Assembly (NCBI RefSeq): GCF_030028105.1
Contig: NC_092372.1
Span: 87,114,687-87,178,686, forward strand
DNA from: Mobula birostris
Lineage: Eukaryota
Reading direction: 5' to 3'
DNA: 64,000 nt
The translations under genes and the position numbers were made by a program. Below, in pieces: positions 23,735 through 37,720 of the stretch (positions within the stretch are counted from its first letter, which is position 1; the number at the start of each line of letters is the position of its first letter). The notes beneath the pieces were generated by a model. That model worked only from the letters and a program-made list of their open reading frames with translations. It was not told where the DNA came from and ran no database searches.

Positions 23735-26249
23735 ATTTAAACTAGCTGGCTGGCTGCCGAGGAGCTACGCTATTGATGTCCTACGTGATGAGGCCAAACT
23801 CCCTGTAGACTTGCTTAAAGTTGTAATAGAATAAACATGATGATATAAGTACATATTTTAATGTTACATTTGCTGCATATACCCAACTTGGTTTACAGAT
23901 TAGACAAAATCACTAAACAAGTTATTACATACACCCTTGGAGGTGAATGGGGTGGGGGGGGGATATGGGGTTGCAGGGGGTGGGGATGCTACCTCCCTGA
24001 AATGCGTTTTTGCAGGGTGGGATGTCTGCTATATGAAGAAATTTTGGATTGCAGAATGTTGCTATCAAGGCAGGTAAACATGAAAGTATCAAGACCTGAA
24101 GAGCTTCTTGAATTTATTGTTCAGTATGGAGATGAGAGCGTCTTCCCCAATCTTTGCATTGCTATTGAGATAATGCTAACCATCGCAGTTTCCGTCACCA
24201 GCTGTGGGAGATCGCTCAGCATGTTAAAACTGATACTTTTGTATTTGAGAGCCTCCATGGGTCAAGGCAGACTCTGTGATCTTGCTCTGCTGAGCGTAGA
24301 AAGAGAAGAAACTGAAAAAACTGACTTTGATCACATCATAGACCAATTTGCTATAGTGAAAGCAAGGAAGGTGCAGTTATAATTTTCATGTAGTGCCATA
24401 ATTTGTTAATTAAAAGATTAACAAGCTTGACTTGTATTTTTGAGCTGATATTATGGTAAAGTTATCTAAAAGATGGGAGTCAGATATTTGGATGGGCGCA
24501 ATTTCAGTGCTTCCCACAGGCGCTATTTTCCGTAGATACGCCCCTGTTGGCACATTGGCCTTCATAAATCAGTGTATTGTACAGGAGATGGGATGTTATG
24601 TTGTAGTTGTATAACACATCGGTGAGGCTAATGTGGAGTATTGTATGTCATTTTAGTCACCTACCTCCAGGAAAGATGTAAACAAAGAGGAAAGAGTACA
24701 GAGGAAATTTACAAGGACATTGCCAGGTCTGGAAGACCTGGGTTATAAGAAAAGTTTGAATAGGTCAGGACTGTATTCTTTAGAACATAGAAGATTGAGA
24801 GGAGATTTGATGGAGGTATACAAAATTATAAGGAGTATAGATAGGGTAGATGCAAACAGGCTTTATCTGCTAAGGTTGGGTGGGACTATAACCAGAGGTC
24901 ATGGGTTAAGGGTGAAAGGTGAGAAGTTTAAGGGGAACATGGGAGTAATTTCTTCACTGGAGGGTCATGAAAGTGTAGAATGAGCTGCCAGCACAAGTGA
25001 TGCATGTGAGCTTAATTTCAATGTTTAAAAGAAGTTTTATATACGTACTTCGATAGTAGGGATATGGAGGGCTATGGTCCTGTAGCAGGTCAATGAGAGT
25101 CGGCATTTTCAATGGTTTTAGCATGGACTAGGTGGGCCAAAGGGCTTGTTTCTGTGCTGTACTTCTCTATGACTATGACTCTATAAACAAAGACAGACAA
25201 ACAACCAATGTGAAAAAGAAGACATACCATGCAAGTAGAAATAACACTGAGAGTATGAGGTGTAAAGAATCTTTGAAAGTGGGTCTGTAAATGTCAGAAA
25301 TTACAAAGGATGATCTGTTGGACATGTAAGTTGATGGGGTGGTAGGTTCAAGTACAAGTTTAGTTGTTTTTCAACCATACATGAATACCTATGAATACAG
25401 CCAGATGAAACAGTGTTACTCCAGGGCCAAGATGCAAATCACAATACCAATAGTCATACACAGAACAAGATACACATAGCACATGTAAGGCAGCAGTAAA
25501 ATACAATCACACAAAAAAAATTGTCCAAGTCCCTGAGTCTATGAATGTTGCAGCAGTCTGCAGTTGGACATAATACATCTTGTCTTCTGCCGAATGACCA
25601 ATGAAGAGCAGGGCTGACTCCAGCATGGATGCCATGTCACGTTGCCTCTAGCACTCTGGTGGAGTGCACCAACTCCTTTGCCACTCTGCTTGTCGGCCGC
25701 AAACAGGTAACACTGCAGCTTGAGGCCGAGACCTCAGCACAACCAGGGCCACACAGTTCCCCCACTGTCTGGCCCTACTGTTCGCCAATAAACCAGTGAA
25801 TCAGAATAACAGCATTCCACAATAACAATGTCCAACAGGGTCTTTTGATCACAAGAAAAGCGATGGAGATGACCACTTGTGGTTGGACTGCACACTTCAT
25901 TGTCCCTCGAACAAAGGCACAGCAAGTCCAGCTCATTCAGTTTCTCTACCAATGAGCAATTTGCTGATAGGATAGACATACAGTATTTAATGCCTAGTAG
26001 GGTCTTGTGATCATAAAAATATGCTTAAAAAAGACAATAACATCTTTGGTTAGCCCCATAGAAACCATTGCGTGTTAGCCTGTCACCATCTTACAGGAAT
26101 TCTCCAGAAAGGTGAGCATGAGGACCCAATTCTTGTTCTGAGATAAAGGAAAAGGGGTATGAGCAAAGGTGTGGAAATTGCATCTTGTGAAGATGAGAGC
26201 CTGATGGAAATTGCCATCAAAGATAATTGAACCTCCTTGTTCAGGAAAT

Positions 26250-28545
26250 CAGATCATCTGATGGTCCTTCTCCTACCTGCATATAGGCAGAGACTAAAGA
26301 GCAAAGCACTAAAGGTAAGGTCAATAAAGAAATGGTCACAGAAGGCAGAGGAGTGGCTACAGGACTGCTTCAAATGTGTGGACTGGGCCATGTTCTTATG
26401 ACTTAATTGTTTCCAGTTGTAATGAAATTTATAAAGCCACTCATTGATACAAAATCATTCAGAATCTTCCCCAACCAGAAACCCAGGGTGAACCAAGAGA
26501 TTTACAGTCTGCTGAGGGCTAGAAAGATGATGCTCAGGACAGGTGATCTGGGAAAACACAAGAGATCCAGGTATGATCTCCAGCAAGACATCTCACTTAC
26601 AAAGTGGCAATTTTGGACTGAACTTGAGTCACGGAGGGATGCTCAACAATTGAGGCTGGGCTTGAACGTTCCCCAGAATGAAAGGTCAAGCACCATAAGA
26701 TATAACAAGATTTTGCTCTCAGATGAATTCACTGTCTTTTTTGCTCACTTTGGCCAACGGAACATGAAGGCAACCCTCATAGCCCCCACCAACCTTATGA
26801 TGTCGCTGTGATGAGATGGTTAGGACCCAAGTGCTGGAGTATCCAACACATTATGAGACAGAAACAGGACCAGATGCTGGACAAGAATCCAAAGTAGAGC
26901 TGACAATTGAGCTCTGAACCTCAGTTCAGGTGCTCTTTAAATATCAAAATCCTGCCACCAAAACATGGCCGCCAATTAGTGGGGTAAGCCTGAATCTTTA
27001 AAAGTGCTGCACCAGTTATCCATATTCTGGAGATTCAGAGCCTCTAAACCCTGGACGCAGTAATGGTCGGGTGAATATCATAACACTCAGTGTCTGAAAC
27101 CACCATGAGAGCATCTATCAGGAGGATGAATCCACGGAAATCATCTGGTCCTGAAAATGTACCCGGCCAAGTACTGGCTGGAGTGTTTACAAGCATCTTT
27201 AACCTCTTGCTTTGGCAGTCTGAGGTACCCACCTACTTCAAGCAGACATCAATCATATCCATTCCCAAGATAGTCACAGAGGCATGTGGTGACCTGCCTC
27301 CATGATTACTGTCCAGTAGCACTTACACCCACTATGATGAAGTGCTTCAAGAGGCTGATCATGAAGCATACCATCTCCAGCTTGGGAAATGACCTGAATC
27401 TGCTCCAATTTGCCTACCATCACAACAGGTTAAAAGCAGGTGCCACTGCATTGGCTCTTCACTCAGCTCTGGACACCTGGATAATGAAGACGCATACATT
27501 AAGATGGTCTTCATTGACGAGAGCTCAGCATTCAACACTATCATTCCCCTGAAACTCAACACTACCCTCCAAGACCTAGGTCTCAGTGTTTCCTTGCAAC
27601 TGGATCCTCGTCTTCCTGACTTGCAGACTTGGATTGGCAACAACATCTCCTTCACACTCACCATCAGCAGAGGTGCACCACAAGGCTGTGTGCTTAGCCC
27701 CTTGCTCTAATTACTTTACATTCATGACCATATAGCTATATAGCTATGCACAGATCTAATGCCATATTGAAGTTTGCTGACGACACCACAGTTGTTGGCA
27801 GAATCGAAGGTGGTGACAAATCAGCATATAGGCGGGAGATTGAAAATCTGGTTGAGAGGTGTACAACAACTTCCCACTTAAAGTCAGCAAAACCAAAGAG
27901 CTGATTATTGACCACAGGAGGGAGAACCCAGAGATCCATGAGCCAGTTCTCATTTGGGAAATGGAAGAGGAAGGGTCAGGAGCTTTAAGTTCCTTGTCGC
28001 CAACCGATCAGAGGATCTGTCCTGGGATGAGCTCATAAGTGCCATCACAAAGAAGGCAAACAGCACTTCTACTTTCTTAGAAGTTCGCGCAGATTCAGCA
28101 TTTCACCAAAAACTTTGACAGACTTCTAAATGTCCACGGAGGAGAGTATGCTAATTGGTTACATCATGACCAGGGATGGAAGCACCAATGCCCAGGAACA
28201 GAAAAGGCTGTAGAAAGTAGTGAATACGGCCCATTCCATCACAGATGTAGCTGTCCCCACCACTGAGTACACTTACATGGGGTGCTGCCACAACCATCAT
28301 CAAAGATCCTCACAGTCCAGGCCATGCCCTCTTCTCTTTACTACCATCGGGCAGAAGGTACACCACCAGGTTCAAAAGCTCAGAAAAAATCAGAAGTAAA
28401 TTTTATTATCAAAGTATATATATGTCTCCATATACGACTCAGAGGTTTATTTCCCTGTGGACATAGTCAATAAATCCATAGTAGAATAATAACCAAGATT
28501 CAATAACACTTATGACCCTACAACCATAAGACCCTTGAACTAACA
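26250..28545 (+). mobile_element. Decayed Rex1/Babar LINE
   Basis: FPNQKP, RKSSGPENV, PVALTPTMMKCF, SSAFNTI, GAPQGCVLSPLL, KFADDTT. Confidence 0.85.
26807..27085. mobile_element. Probable solo LTR inserted in the Rex1 copy
   Basis: About 280-bp TG...CA segment that interrupts Rex1 homology; TSD poorly preserved. Confidence 0.4.
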
Positions 28546-31074
28546 TGGATAAAATCATTCACCACTACTTTGAGCTGATTCTACAACCTGTTGGAGTGAT
28601 TTTGGGTTAAGATAATTTACATTTAGCAAACGGCTTTGACTACCAGTCTTCTGCTCCTTGATAATGCATTGTGGTTTCAGTTTGGGACAATGCATTCCTA
28701 AAAGCTGTGCATCCCAGTCCAGAATGGTTGCCAAAACTGAATGTAAATGTGCTGAACCCAAAAACTGTTCTAACAAGTGATTTTATGGAAAATGTAAATG
28801 TTTCATCAGTAACAAAAATGCCTCTTTCATACTGATTTCTATAAATTAATTTATTGACATTTACTAAACTAAATTGCCACTTGGTGTTTGCAATGAATGA
28901 AGGCAAAACATTAACCAGAAGAACTGGATCAATGAGTTAGATATATCTGTTCTGAAAGTGAATTAAATGTTTAATCCATATTAAAGTTAACTATAAGTAT
29001 TTTGTTAATTGAGTAGAGAAGCAGTGAGATAAAAGTACAAAAAAAGTGAGTGATAGATTTGAATTAGCATTGCAAAGCTCATTTTTGGATGGGTCAGAAG
29101 AATTTTCAACTAATCTCAGAGTTTAGTGTGAGTGAAGCCATGTCCCACTGGCTAAAACCCAAGAATTACAACTTACTGTTAGTTTCACAGCTGAATTCAA
29201 TTTAATGTGTTAATGTTGTACTCTATTTCTTCCCTTGATAAATTCACAGTTTTGTGTTAAGTATTTTTTCTACCTACACTGTTGTAAACAGAAAAGTTAA
29301 TTTTCTCAATATATTATTCATGAAACTAGTTTAAATATGTTTATGAATTCTTTCAATTGTTTCTTTCTAAATCTGTACTATATAACAACCAGTTCTCCCA
29401 AAAAAAATCAAAATTCTGAATCTTTACTTATTTTCCCCTGACTAAATTAATTATTTGGAAGCTACTGACATGATGAAGGAAGCCCTGAACACTGCCAGAG
29501 ATCAAGGATGTTCATTGTGCCCTGAATGCCAGTGAAAGAAATTAATCAGTTATTAAATTGTGTTTGCAGTCTTCTCAGTTAATCCATAGTTTCCGTCCCA
29601 CAACTTAATTTATGTATCCAATAAATTAAACAGCTTGATTTATTGAATCTCATTTGTCTTTCAATCATTTACTTTTGTCCACCATGAACAAATTCTCTGA
29701 GGAACAATTGCTTTACTAACTTCAAAGTATCATTGGTTGTCAGCTTGTAGTTTCTGTAGACTTTTAACATCTCTATTGTGAATGACAACCTATCTCACAA
29801 GTGAAGAGTTCAAACATATACCATTTAGCAAATGGTCAAGATCCATAAATGCTTTTCAATTGTGTATAAAAATTATTTGTTCTGACTTCAGAACAGTGTG
29901 CAGAGTGGTGACAGAGACCTCGCTGTTCTTCCCGTGCACACATGAGATAAAGTGTGTTTGAATAGTATGAGTATGTGTGTTTTGGGTCCAGTTATTTTAT
30001 TTTTTTTATCGATAATGACAGTTACTTGCAAGTTCCACCGAGATGGCTAAACATTGACCTTGTCACATAGGAGAAAGGAATTCAGCCCTAAATTTAGTCC
30101 TAATCCTAGGCTGCTCATAGTTGAGCAAGGGACTGAATCTGTTGCTGGAATGCAACTTTACTTCTGTATGGAGAAGTCAAGGTATGCCAGCACCTTCATC
30201 ACTAACATAGGAAAGCTGCAGTGTTAAAAAGTGGGTGCCCTGGTCTGAGTCAGGTCCCACGGAAGCACAGGAATAAATTGCTGTAGTCCAGGTTGAGTCC
30301 CATGCAAAGTTATCCTAGTCCTGGGTCGAGTCCCACAGGAAGGACAGGTAAAAGTTTCCCTGGCTTGGACTGGGTCCCACAGGAAGCACAGGAAAAAAAT
30401 GGGAAGTGTGTTGTTACAAAAAGAGGGAATTCTGAAAGGTGTGTGCACCCTGATTGTGCGTGTGTGAATGGTAGTGTGAAAGTTCCCTGTCCTGGACTCC
30501 GGTAGCATGTATGCTTGTGCATTATGGACCGGAAAGCATTAAGTATGTTGAGAAGTATATTATATGGGTGGAATGCACTAAGTGAGTGGCTGCAGACCTG
30601 TTGTTAGGGAAAGGAAAATGTGAGGAGACTGTAGGGTGGTCTGTGTTTGTTCAATGTAGATGTGAAATGCAAAAACAGTTAGACGCATCTTATAAAAAGA
30701 CAGAGAAAGTGAGTAAAAGTTAACAAGAAAAAGACACAGAAAGAACAGGCAGGGTACAATAGTGCCTACCTCAGTGTTTGAAAAGAAACATTTAGCACCA
30801 GGGTCTGAGGATGAACTAGATGCTGTACCTCTGCCTTCCATGGGCATGGTTTCAACAAGGCCCATGTCAAATGGTGCGTCTTGAGTATGTGGTGAGGCCT
30901 GCATCAGCCAGTGCCCTGCACAGGCTATGGTTCCCAATAGCATTCTGGGAGAAGGGAGATGGAGGGGTGCGGACAAGATGCGTGAAATGTTGATTTGAAT
31001 ACCATGAACTAATCTAGCAGGAGCTCTAAGAAAATGTTTCCCTAGCACTGTAGATTGGCATAAAAATAGCAGTG

Positions 31075-33450
31075 TTGGAGAGAAGACAAACAGCACCTTT
31101 AAATTCCTTGGTGTTATCATTTCAGAGGATCTGTCCTGGGTCCTGCTCGTAAGTGATGTTGAAAAGAAAGCATGGCAGCACCTCTACTTAGAAGTTTGCG
31201 AAGATTTGGCATGCTATCTGAAACTTCGACAAACTTCTATAGAGATATGGTGGAAAGTATGTTAACTGGTTGTATCACAGCCTGGAATGGAAACACCAAT
31301 GCCCTTGAATGGAAAAACCTATGAAAAGTAGGGGTTTACAGCCCAGTCCATCATGGGTAATGTCCTCCACACACCGTTGAGCACATCTACATGGAGTGCT
31401 GTCGCAGGAAAGCAGCATCCATTATCAAGGATCCCCTCCATCCAGGCCATGCTTTTTCCTCACTGCTGGCATGAGGAAGGAGGTATAGGGACACATCACC
31501 AGGTTCAGGAACAGTTATTACTCCTTGATCATCAGGCTCTTGAACCAGCAGGGATAACTTCATTCAACTTCACTCAATCCCATCTGTGAATTGTTCTCAC
31601 AACCTATGGACTCACTTTCAAGGACTCTTCATCTCATGTTCTCAAGATTTATTTCTTATTTATTATTATTATCTTATTTTTATTTTTATTCTCAGCTCAA
31701 GCCTGCTAAAACCTGAGGTACAGGCATCACCAAGCACACTCATTTCTCAATTGCAAGGAACTTTCAGTTTATTCTAGTGGTGTTTATTATTGTGGCTTTC
31801 TGGAGATTTACATAAATATTGCTGTGTAGACCAAATTGTTTAATGCTGTTGTGTAGTGACTGGGACGATACAAGTTGTAGATATTACTATCGGGACAATG
31901 TATATCTTATTCATGATCCATCCTCTTTCAATTTCCTCCTTAAATTCAGCACATTTTTGGTGTTTTTCCACTTACTGATTTTTGTATGTTATGTGTGTTT
32001 GGAGTAGCTATATCTATAAAGTAAGTTGTTTTTGCTTGTTTATTCTGTAATATTATATCTTGACAGTTATTATGGATTGTAATAATGGATCGGTCATAAT
32101 GTAGTATGTGGGACTCTGACTCAGACTGGATTAGGCTCGTACTTACAGTAAGGTGTCTTCTATGAGTTTGTATTTTAAAGCAAGATTTTGGTGAATGATG
32201 TTTGCCTGTGGAAGAAATCACATTGAGTTCAACTGCTGCAGAAACCTACAATGTTTTGGATTGTTTCTGGTTTCTCTTGGCATTTTCTGCATTTATCATC
32301 TTGAATTTGTTAGTGTTTTGTTATGTGTTTGTGATAATCTTTTGGTTAACCAGCTAGTCCTGTCTGGCCACAAGGAGCCCATCTATTTCTGGGCAGAGGT
32401 CCCCAACTCCGAGTCAGGCATGCAAGCTTCCTTGTCAACATCTCGTCTGCTCAGATTGTTGGGATATCTTCCACATGCTCTTCCATTGGTTACCTGTTTT
32501 TTTGGGCTGTGCTTTTATTAAAAGTTTAGTGGTGTGTACTTCTTATGACATATGCGTGCGTGGAGTGCTGAATCCTATTTCCATTAATAAAAATTTATCC
32601 TTACAACTTTTATCTGACTGTTGTGTGAAGTTTTAATGTCTGTTATTCCTCTTCTTCCTTCTGTCTGAGGTTGTGTTAATGTAAGCATGTTCAGGTGTAC
32701 ACAGTGTTTTCTAAAATTTGTCATTTCAGTTCTTACTTTTCTTTGTAAGTTTTCCAGATTGGTTTCAGACCAAGATATTATGCCAAAAGAATACATTAGT
32801 ACGGGTATAGTGAAAGTGTTGATTGCCTTTGTTATATTTTTACAATTGAGCTCTTTTTGGCAGATTTTCTTAAGCCTTGAAGTAAATTCTCTCTCGCACT
32901 ATGATCTATTTTTTTGTTGATATCCCTGCTGTTTACAGGTTTCATGTTCACCCATCGGTTGTACTGTATCCTGCTGCTCTGTTTTATATTCTATTAGCTC
33001 CATCGCACCTTTCTTTGTATTTAAAGTTCTGCACTTATCTAGTCCAGAGTTCATGCTTATTTCTTTAGAATTAATTGCTTTAGCTTTACTGATGAAGGAG
33101 CATATCATTTTAAGTCGTTCACATATACTGTAGGTGCGTCAAGGTATAAATCGTTTGGTTGTCTCTGATTTTTGTCGGATTCAGTAAATTAGACCCCAGT
33201 TAAAGCTGGACAAAACCATAGTGGGCTTTGAGAGCTGCCCTGGAAAATGCTTTGGTTTACTTTGATAACAGTGATTGTTAATAGATAGGGTAATTATAGT
33301 ATGCCACTGTTTCATCAGTATAATAATTATTATTATTATTTTGATTCTATTGTGTTTTGTTGTTTTTACTGTGAATACTCACAAGTGCTGTATGTGGTGA
33401 TAGGTATGTATTTTGATAATAAATTTACTTTGAACTCTGAACTTTGAACA
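31075..33450 (+). mobile_element. Rex1/Babar 3' fragment (pieces about 31075-31690 and 33320-33450) split by the R4/Dong element
   Basis: FKFLGVIISEDLSW motif; tail gataataaatttactttgaactctgaactttgaac. Confidence 0.7.
31692..33318 (-). mobile_element. Decayed R4/Dong-clade non-LTR element (RT plus restriction-like endonuclease)
   Basis: IFQGSSQSPLWF, GLDKC, YSFGIISW..NLQRKVRT, and PD-D-type region DIILQNKQAKTTYFIDIATP; flanked on both sides by (tta)n tracts. Confidence 0.72.
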
Positions 33451-34504
33451 CATGCATAAATGCTTTCAAAAATATTCCAGATTAACTCTAGAAGTGGGGA
33501 CATCCATCTTAATAAATGTTACTGTAAATAAATTGCAATCTAGGTTAAAGGAAAACATATGCTGTTACTTATGGGAAATGAGAAGTGTTAAATAAAATTG
33601 CAAGTGTTTTACAATATTGCAAAAGCAACTACAACTTCAAAAGATTAAAGCTGTTAAGTGGAATAGGGATGATACTTGTGTGAGACTTCCTGACTTTCCT
33701 GCTATAGCGCCGGGCAATAATGTATATCATTTTTAAAGTATTGCGATAGCTGTCCCAAACAATTTGAATGTTAACTTATAACTTTGGTTTATATTTAACA
33801 AAATTTTCAGTGACCAAGTTTTGGCTAATCATTATCAGATTAACTTCTGTTGAGAATTTCACTGTAAACTTTGTCTTTAACATTACCTGCTTTACACACG
33901 TGGCTCATGTGATCTGCCAGTGACTAGTAATTTTTGTTGTGAACAGCAAAGACATATTTCAGATAATGCTATTCTAAATGTATGATTTTTATAGTTGTTT
34001 GATTCCCACCAATAAACCTGGAAATGGGATGGTGGACACAGTAGAGGTAAAACATTACAATGTCTGTGAGGGGTGTGTTTTTGTTTGTGTTCAGCCTGGC
34101 CACTGGTCTCAAAGATGCTCTCAGGCGAAGGCAAATTTGATAACAGTTTCTGGCTCCATTGCTATCAGCATCATAGACTACACAATTTACTTTAAATAAT
34201 CCATTTCTGAACTGTACTGAAGAACTTGTATACTTTTAATTCTGGCCTGTTGTAAAATTTCCCATATGTTATTTTCTTTGACTTTTCCATCACCTCACTT
34301 AGCAGCAGAAGTGGCAGAGTTACCTTGCCTCCTGTTCTACTCAAGCAGCTGAACCATTTTACCTGAACGAAAGCCTGCATCATTGCAGCTGGATCCCATT
34401 ATGTCTTAGGAGTAACACATGACAATGAACAATTATGGAAACCACATGGGTTTCTCACCCCTTCGGAACGCCAATAAAATGCAGTAAATCTTTTCCTACA
34501 TGGA

Positions 34505-35645
34505 AACATAGAAATCTACAGCACATTACAGCGTCTCTTAAAATACCCTATCGTATCCGCCTCCATGCACCCACCACTCTCTGTGAGGCCTCATGTACCA
34601 CCTAGGCACTAAGGGTTCAGATGACGATGACCACTTTCTGTGTGAAAAACTTACCTCTGACATCCCCCTTTTACCTACTTCCAAGTAGCTTAAAAGCTAT
34701 GCCCCCTCGTGTTAGCTATTTCAGCCCTGAGGAAAAGCCTCTGGCTATCCACACGATCAATGCCTCTCATCATTTTATAAACCTCTCATCCTCCATCACT
34801 CCAAGGAGAAAAGGCCAAGTTCACTCAACCTATTCTCATAAGGCATGCTCTCCAATCCAGGCAACATCCTTGTAAATCTGCTCTGCAATCTCTATAGTAC
34901 CCAGATCCTTCCTGTAGCGAGCTGACCAAAACTGAACACTGTACTCCAAGTGGCATCTAACTAAAGTCCAATATAGCTTTAACATTACCTCACGGCTCTT
35001 GAACTCAATTCCATGGTTGGTGAAGGCCATCACACCACACGCCCTCTTAACAACGCTGTCAACCTGCGCAGCAGTTTTGAATGTCCTATGGACTTGGACC
35101 CCAAGATCTCGCTGATCCTCCACACTACCAAGAGTCTTACCATTGACATTATATTCTGTCTTCAAGTTTGACCTACCAAAATGAACCACTTCACACTTAT
35201 TTGGGTTGAACTCTACCACTTCTCAGCCCAGTTCTGCACCCTATCGATGTCGAGCTGTAACCTCTTACAGGTTCTGTAACTGTAACATATATGCGAGTCC
35301 TCCATGCAGAATACAAACCATCTACAACTACCCTTTGCCTTCCGTGGGAAAGCTAATTCTAGATCCATGAAGCAAGGTCTCCTTGGATTCCATGCCTCCT
35401 TACTTCCTGAATGAACCTTGCATGGGGAACATTATCAAATTCCTTACTGAAATCCATTTACACTACATCTACTGCTCTACCTTCATCAATATATTCTGTT
35501 ACATTCTCAAAGAATTCAATCAGGCTCGTAAGTTTTGTTTTGCCCTTGACAAAGCCATGCTGACTATTCCTAATCAGCTACTCATAAATGCTCATAAATC
35601 CTGCCTCTCAGGATCCTCTCCAACAACTTGCCCACCACTGGAGTA
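34505..35645 (-). mobile_element. CR1 LINE fragment inserted in the ERV RNase H
   Basis: EFNPNKCEVVHFG...QRDLGV...LVRCHLEYSVQFWS. Confidence 0.85.
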
Positions 35646-37517
35646 AGAATTTTTAATGAGTTACTTCAGTTCATTGTTATAGACTATGTGGCTCATAGTA
35701 CTGGGAATGATGAAAGAGCTAGAAGGAACAAACGAGCTGATTCCTTTGCTAAGGCAGGAGCAGTATTAGCATCCAGAGTGATCAGGCTGCCAATACTTTC
35801 TAAATTCTTTGACAAACTAGTACAATTACAGCATGAGGCATCAGTGGCTGAAAAGACCTTATGGACTAAAGGACTTTATGTGCAAGAGAGACTATAAAGG
35901 ATAATGGGTATAATTGAAATTGAGAGATTCTTGACCATAGCAAGAAACGTAACAGCAACTGTATGATCTGCCAGAGACATAATCCCGAAAGACACTGCCA
36001 GTATCTGCCAGTGCTGCAACCTCCCCCAGGGGGTTATTTGAGGATCTCCAAATGGACCTTATTCAGTTACCTAAAATAATGGGTTATGATTATGTACTTT
36101 CTATCATTTTTGATATCTCCATGGGTAGAAGTTTATCAAACTCAGAGAAATGATGCTGTAACTTACTGAATCTCTGATTACCAGAAACTATTCCTATGTT
36201 TGGAATCTCTAAGAAAATCTCAAGTGATGGCGGTCCTCATTCTACTGGTAAAGCTATATAGGAGTTGACAAAGCCTTGTACTATAAACACTATTTCACCT
36301 GCTCTTACCACTATCAATTTAATGAGACAGCCGTGAAATGCAGGTTAGCTAAATTGTGTGATGAGACCAAGCTAACGTGGCTACAGATGCTTTCACTGGC
36401 TCTTACGACAAGGTGCTTCACTCCAAACTGTGTAACAGGCCAATCTCCATGTGAAATATTTTGGAACATCCTATGAGCTTGTCAGTCGCTCTGCCCTTTT
36501 TAATTACACAGATGCTCATCCACACTATGAGTGAAAGCATGTTGCATTATTGTATAGCACTAACACAAGTTCTTAACAGTTCCCATCAACAGGTACCTGA
36601 AGCCCAGAAGATCTGCAGGGTGCCACTCCTACTGGATGGGAGATTGGGTACTGGTGAGAGCCTACTGACGAATGAACTTCCTGGAACCCCGCTGGGGAGG
36701 TCCATTCCTAGTGTTGCTGACCACGTACACCACTCTAAGGGTCCAATGTGGATACATACCTCACACATTAGGCCAGCGGTGCCACCAGACCAGGGATCGG
36801 ATGGTCAGAAGAACCTTGATGGTAAGGACTAATGAATTGAATTTGACCACCTTGAATGATCAACACGTGTTGTGTTTTGGACAGTCTGTGCATTTGTTTT
36901 CTGAACTACCTCATGACACCAACACTCTGAACACTTTATCTTAGCTATGAATATGCATGATGTGCTAATTGGTCAAGTTGTTGGGTATGCTGCTGAGGAC
37001 CTACATATTCAGAAGGTGACTTACCAGTGTGTGTTGCTTTGATCCCACAACTATGACTGTAAAGGAAGCAGGGGACTGCACTGCCATAGGAATGATTCTT
37101 GGAACTGTTTTGACAGTTGATATCAATGCTCTGCTCTGAAGCTGGTTCATGGCAATAGGGGTGAAGTATGTTACTGTAGCCATCAAGGGACAGGACTAGA
37201 CTTAGGTAACAATACATGCAATGTCAATACTATCGGTGACACTCTGAATCTTGTCAATGGTAATTACTAGATATGTGGCTATCAGGCCTATCAATGGCTG
37301 CCGGAGTACCTCTCCTATAATGGGATCTTTGGCCTGAAGCAAAGCTGTGGTGAGGTTGTTGTTATCTGGCTTATGTAGTACCACAGATGTATCACATTCC
37401 TACTCTCTCTACATCATGCTGTGTGGGCAGCCATTGAAGGGCTATGGTGTCTGAGTACTTCTGGATTGTACTGTTCCTGTTCTGGGGTTCTGGAAACTGA
37501 CTCACAAGAGCATTAGT

Positions 37518-37720
37518 ATGGTTTCAGCAATGAGGAAATTGGCTAATGATACAGCCTTAGTGCCTTATGGTATGAACGAGGTCACCAATGACATTGCTGC
37601 CAAAATACAGGCAATCCACACTGCAGTCCTTCAAAACCAGCTAGTGCTGGACTTCTTGTTACCCAAGAGAGGTGGTACTTGTGCCGCTATTAACCAGAAG
37701 TGTTGTACGTACAGTACATC
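37518..37720 (+). pseudogene. ERV envelope TM remnant (heptad repeat, immunosuppressive domain, CX6CC)
   Basis: AIHTAVLQNQLVLDFLLPKRGGTCAAINQKCCTY. Confidence 0.85.

Larger units (their letters stand above)
22388..24028. mobile_element. Non-autonomous DNA transposon with 6-bp TSD (hAT6-like), nested in the hAT transposase
   Basis: Perfect 13-bp TIR CAGACATCCCACC / GGTGGGATGTCTG; TSD ctatat (22382-22387, 24029-24034); removing it restores DGQQLY-EEILDCRM. The family label is tentative. Confidence 0.8.
19875..24546 (+). mobile_element. hAT DNA transposon (Tip100/ZMYM1-like transposase), pseudogenised
   Basis: 14-bp TIRs CAGTGGTGTATCTA / TAGATACGCCCCTG; 8-bp TSD ttggcaca (19867-19874, 24547-24554); TTF-type zinc finger (RSWLVYS..FCICC), CYDNAAVMAG, TRWSAR, hATC-like C-terminus (LRASMGQGRL); several stops. 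Confidence 0.93.
19340..25180 (+). mobile_element. CR1 LINE 3' half split by the hAT insertion (pieces about 19340-19874 and 24547-25180)
   Basis: DKVPHGRL, KFVDDTKI, and after the insertion LYSLEHRRLRGDLMEVYKII. Confidence 0.8.

Noticed and set aside
20033-24382. Domesticated ZMYM1/ZBED-like host gene
   Set aside because: Multiple stops and frameshifts, nested insertions, and intact TIRs and TSD mark it as a dead transposon
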